This document shows positions 38,080-48,023 of a stretch of 64,000 bases of DNA, piece after piece (the first letter of the stretch is position 1; the number at the start of each line of letters is the position of its first letter). Position numbers and translations under genes: made by a program. Below the pieces are notes generated by a model. The model was given only the letters and a program-made list of their open reading frames with translations, was not told the DNA's origin and searched no databases. This DNA is from Candidatus Versatilivorator sp. (lineage in GTDB: Bacteria; Acidobacteriota; Terriglobia; Versatilivoradales; Versatilivoraceae): NCBI GenBank assembly GCA_965207735.1, contig OZ242296.1, positions 3,040,001 to 3,104,000 of the forward strand, in the 5' to 3' direction.

Positions 38080-40230
38080 TTACTTCCTGGGCAGGTAGTA
38101 GCGGGTGACATATTCGGTCACCATGCGGTCGGTGTTGTACCGCGGGATCAGGGTTTGCATGGCCCGGCGGATCCTGGCGATCCATTTCCTGGGAATTCCC
38201 CGAGAGTCCCGCTCGTAAAACAGCGGGACGATGCTCCGGCTCAGAGTCCGGTAGAGCGACTCCAGGTCGGCACGGTCCTGGGCGGCCTCGTCGGCCGGGT
38301 GCTCATCCGCCCCGATGGCCCACCCGTTGGCGCCGTCATAGCCTTCCCTCCACCAGCCGTCCAGGACGCTCAGATTCAATCCCCCGTGCACACTCACCTT
38401 CTGACCGCTGGTTCCGCTGGCCTCCAGGGGGCGGCGGGGGGTGTTGAGCCAGAGGTCCGCGCCCGAGATCATGCGACGGGCCACGTTCATGTCGTAGTTT
38501 TCCAGGAAGACGACCTTGCCGAGGAATTCGCTCTGTTTGCTGATGTCGAGGATGCGCTTGATGAATTCCTTTCCCTGGATATCCTGGGGATGGGCCTTTC
38601 CGGCGAAGATCAGCTGGACGGGTCGCTCCGGGTCATTGACCAACTCAGCCATTCGCTGAAGATCGCTGAAGATCAGGGGAGCCCTCTTGTAGGTGGCGAA
38701 ACGCCGAGCAAAGCCGATGGTGAGAGCATCCGGCGAGAGCAGGGTCTCGAAGGCCCGGGCTCTCTCGGTGCCGCTGCCGGGGAAGGTGTCCGGCACATGC
38801 CGGCGGACAAATTCGATCAGCTGCCGGCGGAGCTGGTAGCGAAGCGCCCAGATCTCCTCGTCGCTGATCGCCTCCTCGTCTGAAACCACTCTCCAGAGAT
38901 CCGGGTACATCAACCGGGCCTCCCACTCCGGCCCCAGGTGCCGCTTCCAGAAGCGCCTCGCAGGCCGCGACATCCAGCCCAGCATGTGGACACCATTGGT
39001 AATGTGTCCGATCGACGACCCCCTGTAGGTTGGGGACTCCAGCAACTCTCTCCACATTTCCCGGCTGACCTGGCCGTGGAGCTGGCTGACCCCGTTGGCT
39101 CCTCTCGACATTTTGAGCGCCAGCACGGTCATGCAGAAAAACTCCTTGGGGTCGGCCGGCCGGGTGCGCCCGTAGCCCAGGAACTGTTGAGCCTCCATGC
39201 CCAGCAGCGACCGGTAGCCGGCAAAGGCGTATTCCATCAATTCCGGACTGAAACGGTCGTGACCCGCGGCCACCGGCGTGTGGGTAGTGAAGACGCAGCG
39301 ATCCCTCACCCGCCTTTCCGCCTCACTGGGGTCGGCCCCCGAATCCAGTTGCTGCCGCAGGAGCTCCAGAATCAGAAAGGCGGAGTGGCCTTCGTTCAGG
39401 TGGAAAACGGCCGGAGAGACCCCCAAAGCCTGAAGAAGACGTACGCCGCCGATTCCCATGACCATCTCCTGGCCGATGCGAGTCGTCATGTCACCGCCGT
39501 AGACTCTGGAGGCGAGGCCGCGATAGGCGCTGTCGTTTTGGGGAACATCGGTGTCGAGCAGGTAGATGTCGGCGCGGCCCACCCGGAGCCGCCAGGCCTG
39601 GAACCAGATCCGGCTCTGCGAGAACTCCACCCACAGCAGAAGAGGCTCGCCCTGCTTGTCCAGCACCGGCTCCAGTGGCAGGTTGTCTTTGTCCAGGGAG
39701 GGATAGTGCTCCTCCTGCCATCCGCCGTGGCTGATGAGCTGCTCAAAATAGCCCTGGCGGTAGAACAGGGTGACTCCAATGAAAGGCACCCCCAGGTCGC
39801 TGGCTGACTTGGCGTGGTCCCCCGCCAGCACTCCCAGGCCCCCGCAATAAATGGGCAGGGACTCGTGCAGGGCAAATTCCGCGCAAAAGTAGGCAATGGG
39901 CTTCTTGAGGAAAGGAGCCGCGTAGGCCGAGCACCAGGTCCGCTCAGGTGTCAGATACTCGCGGTAGGCCACCAGAACCTCCCGGGTGCGGGCAGCAAAG
40001 TCCCTGTCCATCAGGCGCGACTTCAATTCCGCCTTGGAGACCGACCCCAACACCGCCACCGCATTGTGGCGGGAGGAATTCCAGACCAGCCGCGACAGCT
40101 CGGCGAATATCTCCTGGGCATCCGGGTTCCAGCTCCACCAGAGGTTCCGACTCAGCTCCTCGAGCTCGCGGATCGTTACCTCCAGATCGAGCAGACTCTC
40201 CAGATACTTCGTCTTTTCCTGGACGCGCAC
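38080..40230 (-). CDS. glgP: Alpha-glucan (glycogen) phosphorylase
   Basis: NLWWSW, GGLGVLAGDH, HLNEGH, FARRFATYKR and EASGTSGQK motifs; start uncertain (ORF open to 40356). Confidence 0.95.
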   Translation of the reverse strand: MRVQEKTKYLESLLDLEVTIRELEELSRNLWWSWNPDAQEIFAELSRLVWNSSRHNAVAVLGSVSKAELKSRLMDRDFAARTREVLVAYREYLTPERTWCSAYAAPFLKKPIAYFCAEFALHESLPIYCGGLGVLAGDHAKSASDLGVPFIGVTLFYRQGYFEQLISHGGWQEEHYPSLDKDNLPLEPVLDKQGEPLLLWVEFSQSRIWFQAWRLRVGRADIYLLDTDVPQNDSAYRGLASRVYGGDMTTRIGQEMVMGIGGVRLLQALGVSPAVFHLNEGHSAFLILELLRQQLDSGADPSEAERRVRDRCVFTTHTPVAAGHDRFSPELMEYAFAGYRSLLGMEAQQFLGYGRTRPADPKEFFCMTVLALKMSRGANGVSQLHGQVSREMWRELLESPTYRGSSIGHITNGVHMLGWMSRPARRFWKRHLGPEWEARLMYPDLWRVVSDEEAISDEEIWALRYQLRRQLIEFVRRHVPDTFPGSGTERARAFETLLSPDALTIGFARRFATYKRAPLIFSDLQRMAELVNDPERPVQLIFAGKAHPQDIQGKEFIKRILDISKQSEFLGKVVFLENYDMNVARRMISGADLWLNTPRRPLEASGTSGQKVSVHGGLNLSVLDGWWREGYDGANGWAIGADEHPADEAAQDRADLESLYRTLSRSIVPLFYERDSRGIPRKWIARIRRAMQTLIPRYNTDRMVTEYVTRYYLPRK

Positions 40231-40464
40231 GCCGGCTTTCTCCCCGCGGCCAGGGGCCGCATAGAGGGCGTAATCTATAGCACTTCCCCTGGAAAGATTC
40301 CAGAGAGGGTGGGCGGAAGGAGGCAGGGCGAGCCGGGAGCCATGCCGCCTCGCCACCGCCTTGCTACCGACACGCTAACGACACGATGTTGCCGGCCTCG
40401 GTTGACGATTTCAACCGGCCTCTGCTAGGCTCCGCTGGTCCCCCGGCGAGAAACGTGGGCTAAT

Positions 40465-41724
40465 ATGAGCAAGCAATTACCCGACATTTCCCCGCCCCCA
40501 CCCCCTGTTGGCAAGCCTCCGCTTCCGACGGGCCACAAGTACTTCTGGTTCTCGATCGGCTTGAGCCTGTTGGTGGGCATGACCATCAACCTGCTGCCGG
40601 TCACCTTCAAGGTCTTCGAGACGCTGTTCCAGGCCGGCTATGAAATGCAGGGCAGGGCCGAGGCGCTCTTTTTCATCGGCGCACTTGCCGGAAACATCCT
40701 GGCCGGGCAGGTCACCCATCGCAGCGGTCCGGCCGTGTCGGTGAAACGGGGCCTGGCCGTCGGCGCACTGGGCTTTCTCTTGCTGGGAGGCGCCCAGAAC
40801 TGGCTCATGGCGCAAGCCGGCGCAGTCCTCATGGGAGCAGGGCAGGTCTGGCTCACCGTGGTCTACGGCACCCTCACGGCCCAACACTTCCAGGAGTCCC
40901 GCCAGCGGGTCTTTGCCGCTCTGGCCTTGACCATGGCGATTGGCGGCACCCTGGCTCCGCTGGGACTGGGGGCCTACGTGGACCATGCCTGGATGGAACG
41001 AGGCTGGCCTTGGTGGATTCCCTACGCCGGCCTGATGATCCTATATCTGTTGACTCGGCTGGCGGTTCCTTCGATTCCGGAGTGGACTCCCACGGCAACA
41101 AGCGGAGGTGACTCATCGCCGGGCCGTCGCCTGTTTCGTTCTCCCTCCCTGTGGCTCATCGGCCTGGCTTTCACTCTGCACGGCATTGGGCAGATGGGTG
41201 CGGTGGTCTGGCTGGGACGGCTTTTCGCCAAGCGACTGCTTCTCTCCGAGACCCAAGTGGGATCCATGATCGCCGTCAACATCACCGGATTCATCGCGGG
41301 ACGGGCGATCTGGACCTGGGTCGGGGGGCGCATCCCCGAGCGCATCCTGCTGGGTTGCAGCGCCGGCGTGGGAGCCATCTTCTACGTGCTGACCATTCTA
41401 AGCGGCAACTACCAGCTCGCATTGGCGATGATCTTCGTTGCGGGTATGGGAATGAGCGGCGACGCCATCTCCCTGCAGTCCTTCACGGCGTTGCGCTTCC
41501 GCCGCCAGGCCGCCCGGGCCTTCGGCGTTACCCAGGCTCTGGGGCACCTGGGCGCGGCCGTGGGACCCTACTACATCGGCTTGGTGGGAGACCACAGCGG
41601 GACCCTGGAGCAGGGGATATGGGTCATCCCCATCACCATCGGCACCCTTTCCCTCCTCGGATTCCTCTGGCACCTGCTGGACCGATCTCCCCGGGTACCG
41701 GAAGTCGCTCAGGATAGGCGTTGA
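40465..41724 (+). CDS. MFS transporter
   Basis: About 12 hydrophobic segments with MFS-like spacing. Confidence 0.8.
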   Translation: MSKQLPDISPPPPPVGKPPLPTGHKYFWFSIGLSLLVGMTINLLPVTFKVFETLFQAGYEMQGRAEALFFIGALAGNILAGQVTHRSGPAVSVKRGLAVGALGFLLLGGAQNWLMAQAGAVLMGAGQVWLTVVYGTLTAQHFQESRQRVFAALALTMAIGGTLAPLGLGAYVDHAWMERGWPWWIPYAGLMILYLLTRLAVPSIPEWTPTATSGGDSSPGRRLFRSPSLWLIGLAFTLHGIGQMGAVVWLGRLFAKRLLLSETQVGSMIAVNITGFIAGRAIWTWVGGRIPERILLGCSAGVGAIFYVLTILSGNYQLALAMIFVAGMGMSGDAISLQSFTALRFRRQAARAFGVTQALGHLGAAVGPYYIGLVGDHSGTLEQGIWVIPITIGTLSLLGFLWHLLDRSPRVPEVAQDRR

Positions 41725-41747
41725 ATAATCCCCATCCCCGTCATAGA

Positions 41748-44700
41748 ATGAGTGCCCTTGTCTCTCCCCAATTCTCCCGACACATGCCCATGATCCCGTT
41801 TCGCCGAAACAGGCCGACACTTCTCCCGTTCCGCCTGGAGTGGCCGGCGGCGCTCCGCCTGGCATTGCTTCCGGTTCTATTGCTGGCCTCGGGCTCGGCT
41901 TCCGTGCACCGGGCCGGGTCGTTCCTGTCGCCGCAGGTGCTGTCCTCGGACCAGGACCGCTACCAGTTTCAGACGTTTGCCGGAGCCCAGGCGGTGACGG
42001 CTGTCCCCCTGCAGCTTCCGGGGAGGATCTCCGTGCTGCTGCTGCCCGGAAGCTACTCCGACTCTGCCTGGCAGGAGGTCGAGCTTCGGGCGAACCAACT
42101 GGCGGTGCTGAAGGATCGACTGGGGCGATTTCGGCTTCACGTGATCGCAGACGGCAGGCTTGGTTCCTGGGAGACCTCTGTCGCGACCCTCCCGCACGAC
42201 CTGTCCGGGCTGAGATCAGGCAGGACGGGCGCCGGCGCCGGCCAGACAGAGCCTCCGGACCAAGAGGACAACGAGGCAGCAGGAATCTACCAGGAGGTGG
42301 GGCAACATCTGCCGGCGCCCTCGGTCCCCTGGGAAACCCTGATACTGATCGCTCCTGAGGAGGGAATCTCCGACCTGGAGCTGAAATCCTACTGTTCCGC
42401 CTACCTGGCCGATCGATTCGGCCGGGAGAAGGTCCGCCTGGTCTATTGGGAGATTCCCGGCGATCCGGCTCCCGACTCGCCGGTGGCGGGGGCAGAGCCG
42501 GAGGACGGCCCGACCTCGGAGGATGCCGGCGAAGGGGTCTGGGCCACGGTCGCCCGGTCCACCTGCGGTTCCGTCATAAGAAGCGTAGGCGAGCTGACCC
42601 GGGCCCTGCGGCCGGCCTCCTGTAGCGAGATTCCCATGCCGGAGGTTGCTCTGCCCAAGGGAGTCTTTCAGTACCGCGCCCGACTGGTGGACCGGGTGGA
42701 CGGGCAGCTAGTGACGGAATTCCCGGCGCTGTCCCAGCCGCTGGACGGCGCGGCGGTCTTGCCTCAAGACTTCGCCCGCCTGCTGCAGGCTCTGCAAAAT
42801 GCCCGTCAGGCCGCGGCTCACAAGAACGGTGAACGGCTCCAGGCTTCGCTCAAGGAGGCCCTTGACCTCAACCCCTTTCATCCTCCCACCCTGCGGTTTG
42901 CGGCGGGGGTCTACCGCCGCCAGGGCGAGCTGAGAACCGCCCTGCAGCTGATGACCCCTTTGGCCTCGCTGCTGCCGGGCGACGCCTCGATCTTCACCGA
43001 CATCGGAGACCTCCACTTCGACCTCCAGGAGTGGGAGCAGAGCGAGCAGGCCTTTCGACGGGCCCTGAACGCCGACCCGGCCGGGGCGTCCGTCCTGGCC
43101 AAGCTGATCGGGATCCGCGAGGCGCAGGGAGAGTATCCCCGGGGGCTGCAGGAAGTCGGTTCCGCTCTGCAGCGCTTTCCGCGGGAAGCCGGCCTCCACG
43201 CCCGCCGGGGCAGCCTGCTGGAAAAATCCGACCGGGGCGAGGAGGCGCTCAAGGCTTACAGCCGAGCCGTCGAACTCCGCCCCGAGCTGGGAGAGGGCTA
43301 CCTTGGATTGGCCCGAATACATCTGGCTCGCGGTCGGCAGGACCAGGCTCGAGAGGTGCTGCAGCAGGCGGCCGGGCGAATCCCCAACGATCCCAAGCTC
43401 CAGATGCGTTATGCCGGCTTCTGCGAAAAGGAGAGTCTGGATGACCAGGCTCTCGACTTCTATCGCAAAGCCTCCCATGCCGATCCCGGATTGCCCGGCG
43501 CCTATGCGGGGCTGGCTCGGGTTCAGATGAATCTGGGTGAAGTCGACGAGGCTCTGGCCACCGCGCGCAAGGGCCTGCAATCCGCCCCCCGCTCGGTGGA
43601 GCTTCACCAGCTCCAGTGCGAGCTCTTGAAGCAAGGCCACCGGATCCCGGAGATGCGGCGGGCGGTCGAAAACGCGGCCAGAACCTTTCCCGGAAATTCC
43701 GAAGTCCTGGCCAGGCTTGCCAGAGTACGGGACGTCTTCGGATATCGGGCCGCCGAAGCCTATGAGGGTCTGGTTGAAGCTCTGGAAGCAGAGGAAGCAA
43801 GCCGGGATCGATTGGAACCGGTTCTGGAACGTGGCCTGCTGGTGGCCTTGCGGGACGGGGATCGAGCCCGGGCCATATTCATGTCCGCAAAGCTGAGCCA
43901 ACTGGGCAGAACGGATTTACCGCCCATCGGCCCGATCGCGGAAACGACGGCAAGGAAAGGCTCGTTGGTGGTTCCCGGCGGCGTACGCGGTCTGGCGCGG
44001 GCAGCCGGCTTGCAGGAGGACACGCCCCCGGAGACCTTCGTTTCCGACTTCGTTTCCCACCTGATACGCCGAACCTATGGAAAGGCCGGAGCCGGATACG
44101 TCCAGGCGCTGCGCTACTACTTCAACTCGGTGGCGGCTCTGCGGGCCTTGGCCAGATCCAGGAAGCTGGAGTTTCAGATTCTGCTCGAGACCGGGAACGA
44201 GTCGCGCCTCAGGAAAACCCGGGAGGTCCTCGCCCTTTTGGGCTGGACCATCAGACGTTCCGAGGGAAGGATCCGGGTGGAACTGGGCACCGATGAATTG
44301 GCCGCGCTCAGACAAACCTTCTCTTCCGCCCTGGGCGTGGACGAGATGGAGATGAAGTCCCAACTCGAGGCCGGGGCCCCCTACCGGTTGACCTTTAGCG
44401 ATCAGGTGGTGCCGATCATATTCGAAGAAAGATTCTGGTTGAGGCGCTTCTTTGAGGGGAATCGTCCGGTCGGAGGCCTCTTGAGAGCTTTCGCCGAGAA
44501 AATCCCCTCCGCTCGGCTCTACGCGGGGCTGGCGGCAATGAACGATGAGGCCCGGCGTCTGGTGGTGGAGACCTATACCAGCCGGGAATTGCTGGAGGTG
44601 CACCCGAGCAGCCTGCTGGCTTACGGCTCAGCTCTGTCTGTCCGCGAGGGAGCGCTGCTTCTGCCCGGCGGGGCCGAGGCGGCGCCGGCCTGGGAATCCC

Positions 44701-47042
44701 TCCTGGGCGTTCGTCCCGACAGACCCAAGCGGTTTGTCAGGCGCCTCTTTACTCAAGAACAGGGCAAGCCGCTGGCCTTCTATCACACCCTCATCAACCT
44801 GCCGGAAGAGAACCAACGGTTTCTCACGCGCAGCCCGGGGCGGTTGGCCAAGTTCTACGCTGCCTTTCCCTTCACGGGTTCCGCGGAGGCCAATCGGCGC
44901 ATTGTCAACCATCGCAACCCCTTCAGAAATCTGCTACGGGAACTGCCGCTGGATGCGGAGGGGCGGGTTCGTTTCCCCGGCAGCGCCCGGGTCTGGGTGG
45001 TGCCACGCGGATGGTCCGGCAGGCCGGAAGAGATTCAAGATTCCTCCCGCCTTGCTGTTCCGGTTGTCCCTGGAGAAGCCGAGGACGAAATCCTGCTTCG
45101 GATGCCTCAGGAGAATTATCAGTTCGGCATGAAGAAGTACAGCCGGGTGGAGAACTTTCTGGCGGTGGTGCACCTGGAGCGGCACTGGGAACAACCGATG
45201 GCGGAGGAGGCTGCCCTGCTGCTTTCCCGGAGCTTTCCCAAATACCACGAGATCTTCCCCTATCTGGCATCCTTGCCGAAACCTACCACTCAGCAACTCC
45301 AGAGGTTCTTCCAGGCAGCCCGTAACATAGAAGAGGTTGACCTCGACAGCTTGAACGCCACCTTGGGCCAGTTCCATGGGCTCCTCCAGACCCTGGTGCT
45401 CCTTTCGGAGAATCGGGCGCTGGACGAGTCGGAAATCGCCTCGATTCTGGACGCTGTCTGCCAGAAATTTGCCGAAGCCAGGACCGAGTCGGATTTCACC
45501 GAGGCCACAGTGGCCATCCTGCGACTTCTGGAGCGGGCCCTGCCCTCCCCCCCATCACCCCCTGCGGAGAACGGTTCGTCATCAGCCGCAAGGCGCTATG
45601 GCAGCCGCCTGAAGATCCTGGCGCCCCAATCGACCGGTATCGACAGCCGATTGATGGCGGCCCTGGGGGGGAATTCCAAGAAAGTGGAGTTCGAGTCCGG
45701 CGGCCGGACGGCCGCCATCGATGCCGGCTCGATCAACCGGGGAAGAATCGAGGAGGTCTTGAGGGTCCAGCGGGTCCCCTCGCTGACAGGCCTGATGGAG
45801 CTCTACGATGCTGCAATGGCCGTGCGGAGGAGCGGGGACAAGGTAGTCCTGGACACCTTCAAGAGGACTCTCGGCGAACTCCATGCCCTGGAGCAACAAC
45901 TGGAGAACCAGTTGACGGAGGCGCAGCAGGGGAATGCGTCTTTTCTGCGGCGAATCCGAACCTCAAAGTGGATGCGCCAACTGAACGATGCCACGGCCAA
46001 CCGCAATCGCTCGGACTCCCTCTCCGAATTATCTCAGGATCTGGTCAGCCAGTTGGGCGGAAGTCTCAAAGACGCCCTGGTCGGCTGGGTCTATGCCTAC
46101 TATTTCTCACCGCGGGATCTGGCGGTGGCTGAAGATCCGCTGCTGACCAGGAAGCACCAGTTCCACGTTGCCCTAGGCAGCGGCCGGCGTTATTACTGGC
46201 CGCCGGCATCCCGCCAAACGCTGCGGCGCCAGACCGGGAACTATCTGCGGGGCCCGCTCTGTCAGATTGCCACGCTGACGGGAGAGATCGGATTGGTCAA
46301 AGCCGAAGCCGGCGAATCCATAGGAACCGATCCGGTAGTGGAGGGTTTCGCTGCCGCCCAGCTTTCCGGGGTGAGATCCCTGCCCTGGTCCCATCTCAAC
46401 CCGCTCAGCATGCACCTGGTGGCCTTGAAGCTTCGGCTGGCCCGAGAGTTCCTGGCCCGGTCGGCCCTGCAGCCGAATCTGCAACAGAACCTGGCGCAGG
46501 TAGTCGAGGGAATACTGGGGGCGACCCGGCGGGCTCAGTTGCTGGAGGCTGTGGCCAAGCGGGAATTGGAAGGCCTGTTCGCCATGCTGAGTTCCTCTGA
46601 TCTCTACTACCTGGGGAGTCGCCTGTGGGATCAAGATCGGGCCGCACTTCTAGGGAGTGGGCCGGTTCGGGAGGCATTGGAGCACGCCTCGGCCCTGGTT
46701 CCACCTCACCAGGATCGATTTTTTGCCGGTTCCGAGCTGGGTAACCGCATTTATTGCAAGCGGCTCCCGCCACCGCCCTACGAGGAGTACAACAACGCCT
46801 TGCTGACCCACCACCTTTCCAGGCGATTGGGTCACCTGATGCTGACGCTGGCCGAATTGGCCGACCGGTTCGGCCTGCCCGTGGAAGCCGTGGCCCTGGC
46901 GGCGGAACCGGCCGTGAGGCACCTGGCCCTCAATGCTCAAATGAACAACAGCGCCGACTGGAGAGGCGCTCTTCGGGCCATGTCCCAGCTGCCGCTGGAG
47001 GAGTTGGTACGTCAAGTGGCCCAACCGGAACCAGGTTATTAG
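41748..47042 (+). CDS. Very large tetratricopeptide-repeat protein
   Basis: Run of TPR motifs (ALKAYSRAVELRPELGEGYLGLA, FYRKASHADPGLPGAYAGLA) followed by ~1000 aa of unknown domain. Confidence 0.8.
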   Translation: MSALVSPQFSRHMPMIPFRRNRPTLLPFRLEWPAALRLALLPVLLLASGSASVHRAGSFLSPQVLSSDQDRYQFQTFAGAQAVTAVPLQLPGRISVLLLPGSYSDSAWQEVELRANQLAVLKDRLGRFRLHVIADGRLGSWETSVATLPHDLSGLRSGRTGAGAGQTEPPDQEDNEAAGIYQEVGQHLPAPSVPWETLILIAPEEGISDLELKSYCSAYLADRFGREKVRLVYWEIPGDPAPDSPVAGAEPEDGPTSEDAGEGVWATVARSTCGSVIRSVGELTRALRPASCSEIPMPEVALPKGVFQYRARLVDRVDGQLVTEFPALSQPLDGAAVLPQDFARLLQALQNARQAAAHKNGERLQASLKEALDLNPFHPPTLRFAAGVYRRQGELRTALQLMTPLASLLPGDASIFTDIGDLHFDLQEWEQSEQAFRRALNADPAGASVLAKLIGIREAQGEYPRGLQEVGSALQRFPREAGLHARRGSLLEKSDRGEEALKAYSRAVELRPELGEGYLGLARIHLARGRQDQAREVLQQAAGRIPNDPKLQMRYAGFCEKESLDDQALDFYRKASHADPGLPGAYAGLARVQMNLGEVDEALATARKGLQSAPRSVELHQLQCELLKQGHRIPEMRRAVENAARTFPGNSEVLARLARVRDVFGYRAAEAYEGLVEALEAEEASRDRLEPVLERGLLVALRDGDRARAIFMSAKLSQLGRTDLPPIGPIAETTARKGSLVVPGGVRGLARAAGLQEDTPPETFVSDFVSHLIRRTYGKAGAGYVQALRYYFNSVAALRALARSRKLEFQILLETGNESRLRKTREVLALLGWTIRRSEGRIRVELGTDELAALRQTFSSALGVDEMEMKSQLEAGAPYRLTFSDQVVPIIFEERFWLRRFFEGNRPVGGLLRAFAEKIPSARLYAGLAAMNDEARRLVVETYTSRELLEVHPSSLLAYGSALSVREGALLLPGGAEAAPAWESLLGVRPDRPKRFVRRLFTQEQGKPLAFYHTLINLPEENQRFLTRSPGRLAKFYAAFPFTGSAEANRRIVNHRNPFRNLLRELPLDAEGRVRFPGSARVWVVPRGWSGRPEEIQDSSRLAVPVVPGEAEDEILLRMPQENYQFGMKKYSRVENFLAVVHLERHWEQPMAEEAALLLSRSFPKYHEIFPYLASLPKPTTQQLQRFFQAARNIEEVDLDSLNATLGQFHGLLQTLVLLSENRALDESEIASILDAVCQKFAEARTESDFTEATVAILRLLERALPSPPSPPAENGSSSAARRYGSRLKILAPQSTGIDSRLMAALGGNSKKVEFESGGRTAAIDAGSINRGRIEEVLRVQRVPSLTGLMELYDAAMAVRRSGDKVVLDTFKRTLGELHALEQQLENQLTEAQQGNASFLRRIRTSKWMRQLNDATANRNRSDSLSELSQDLVSQLGGSLKDALVGWVYAYYFSPRDLAVAEDPLLTRKHQFHVALGSGRRYYWPPASRQTLRRQTGNYLRGPLCQIATLTGEIGLVKAEAGESIGTDPVVEGFAAAQLSGVRSLPWSHLNPLSMHLVALKLRLAREFLARSALQPNLQQNLAQVVEGILGATRRAQLLEAVAKRELEGLFAMLSSSDLYYLGSRLWDQDRAALLGSGPVREALEHASALVPPHQDRFFAGSELGNRIYCKRLPPPPYEEYNNALLTHHLSRRLGHLMLTLAELADRFGLPVEAVALAAEPAVRHLALNAQMNNSADWRGALRAMSQLPLEELVRQVAQPEPGY

Positions 47043-47056
47043 TCTGGAGCAATCTC

Positions 47057-47803
47057 ATGAGATCCCTTCGCGGCTGGATGGGTCTGGCTCTCTTCCTGGG
47101 AGCCGTGCAAACCGCCGTGCCCCAGGAAAATGCGGAAACTCGCTCCGTCGCTGCCCGCCTCATCCTGGCGGAAGGGGGCAGGCCCGAGGGCGGTATCGCC
47201 GAAGTCGGCAAACTTCTGCCCGGCCAGGGCGGCGGGCAAGCCCATTTCCTGGAACTCAGTACGCGGGGCCTGCCCTCCACGGGTTCCGACGAGGCCAAGG
47301 TGACCCTGATCGAGTTCTCGGATTACCAGTGTTTCTTTTGCCGGCGCCACGACCGGCAAGTGGCTCCCCGGATCGTGGACGAGTATGTCAAGAGCGGTCG
47401 GGTGAAGTATTTCTTTGCAGATTTCCCCCTGGCTTCCCACCCCGGCGCCTCCAAAGCGGCCCAGGCGGCCCACTGCGCCGGCGATCAGGGCAACTACTGG
47501 GAAATGAACGACCTGTTGTTCCGGCACCCCCAGTCCCTCACCGAGGGAACACTCAAAGCCTTCGGCAGCAGCCTGGGGCTCGACAACCGGGTCTTTCTGG
47601 ACTGTGTCGAAAGCGGCAAGCACGCCCAAAAGGTCCGGGACGGCTTGAGTGAGGGCAAGAGGGCCGGAGTTCGGGGAACTCCCTCCTTTTTCTTCGGGTT
47701 GACGGATCAGACCCAACCCAAAATCAGGGTCCGGAGAACGCTGACCGGAGCCCACCCCTATCCCGCCTTCCAAAAGATAATCGAAGAACTGCTGGCGCAG
47801 TAA
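47057..47803 (+). CDS. DsbA-family thioredoxin-like protein
   Basis: AKVTLIEFSDYQCFFC, AAHCAGDQGNYW and GVRGTPSFF motifs; signal peptide. Confidence 0.9.
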   Translation: MRSLRGWMGLALFLGAVQTAVPQENAETRSVAARLILAEGGRPEGGIAEVGKLLPGQGGGQAHFLELSTRGLPSTGSDEAKVTLIEFSDYQCFFCRRHDRQVAPRIVDEYVKSGRVKYFFADFPLASHPGASKAAQAAHCAGDQGNYWEMNDLLFRHPQSLTEGTLKAFGSSLGLDNRVFLDCVESGKHAQKVRDGLSEGKRAGVRGTPSFFFGLTDQTQPKIRVRRTLTGAHPYPAFQKIIEELLAQ

Positions 47804-47837
47804 CCCCACAAAACCCGCGGCTCAGCACCCCGGATAA

Positions 47838-48002
47838 TCACTCTCCCCTTGAGGGGGAGTCGAGCCGGAAGGCGAAGGCTGATGCGGGGGGTGGGCGCCC
47901 GGCCACCAGGCCCGTGCCGTTGAAGCAGTTCCGTCTCGCTTAGTGGCCCTTCGTCGTCCTTCGTGTCTCTTCGTGGATTTCTTTGTTGGTCCTTCGCGGA
48001 TC
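47838..48002. repeat. REP-like palindrome plus CCTTCGTG 10-mer array
   Basis: CTCCCCTTGAGGGGGAG hairpin; ccttcgtcgt ccttcgtgtc tcttcgtgga, as at 4471-4510. Confidence 0.6.
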
Positions 48003-48023
48003 GTGGCTCAACGGAGCGGGTGC

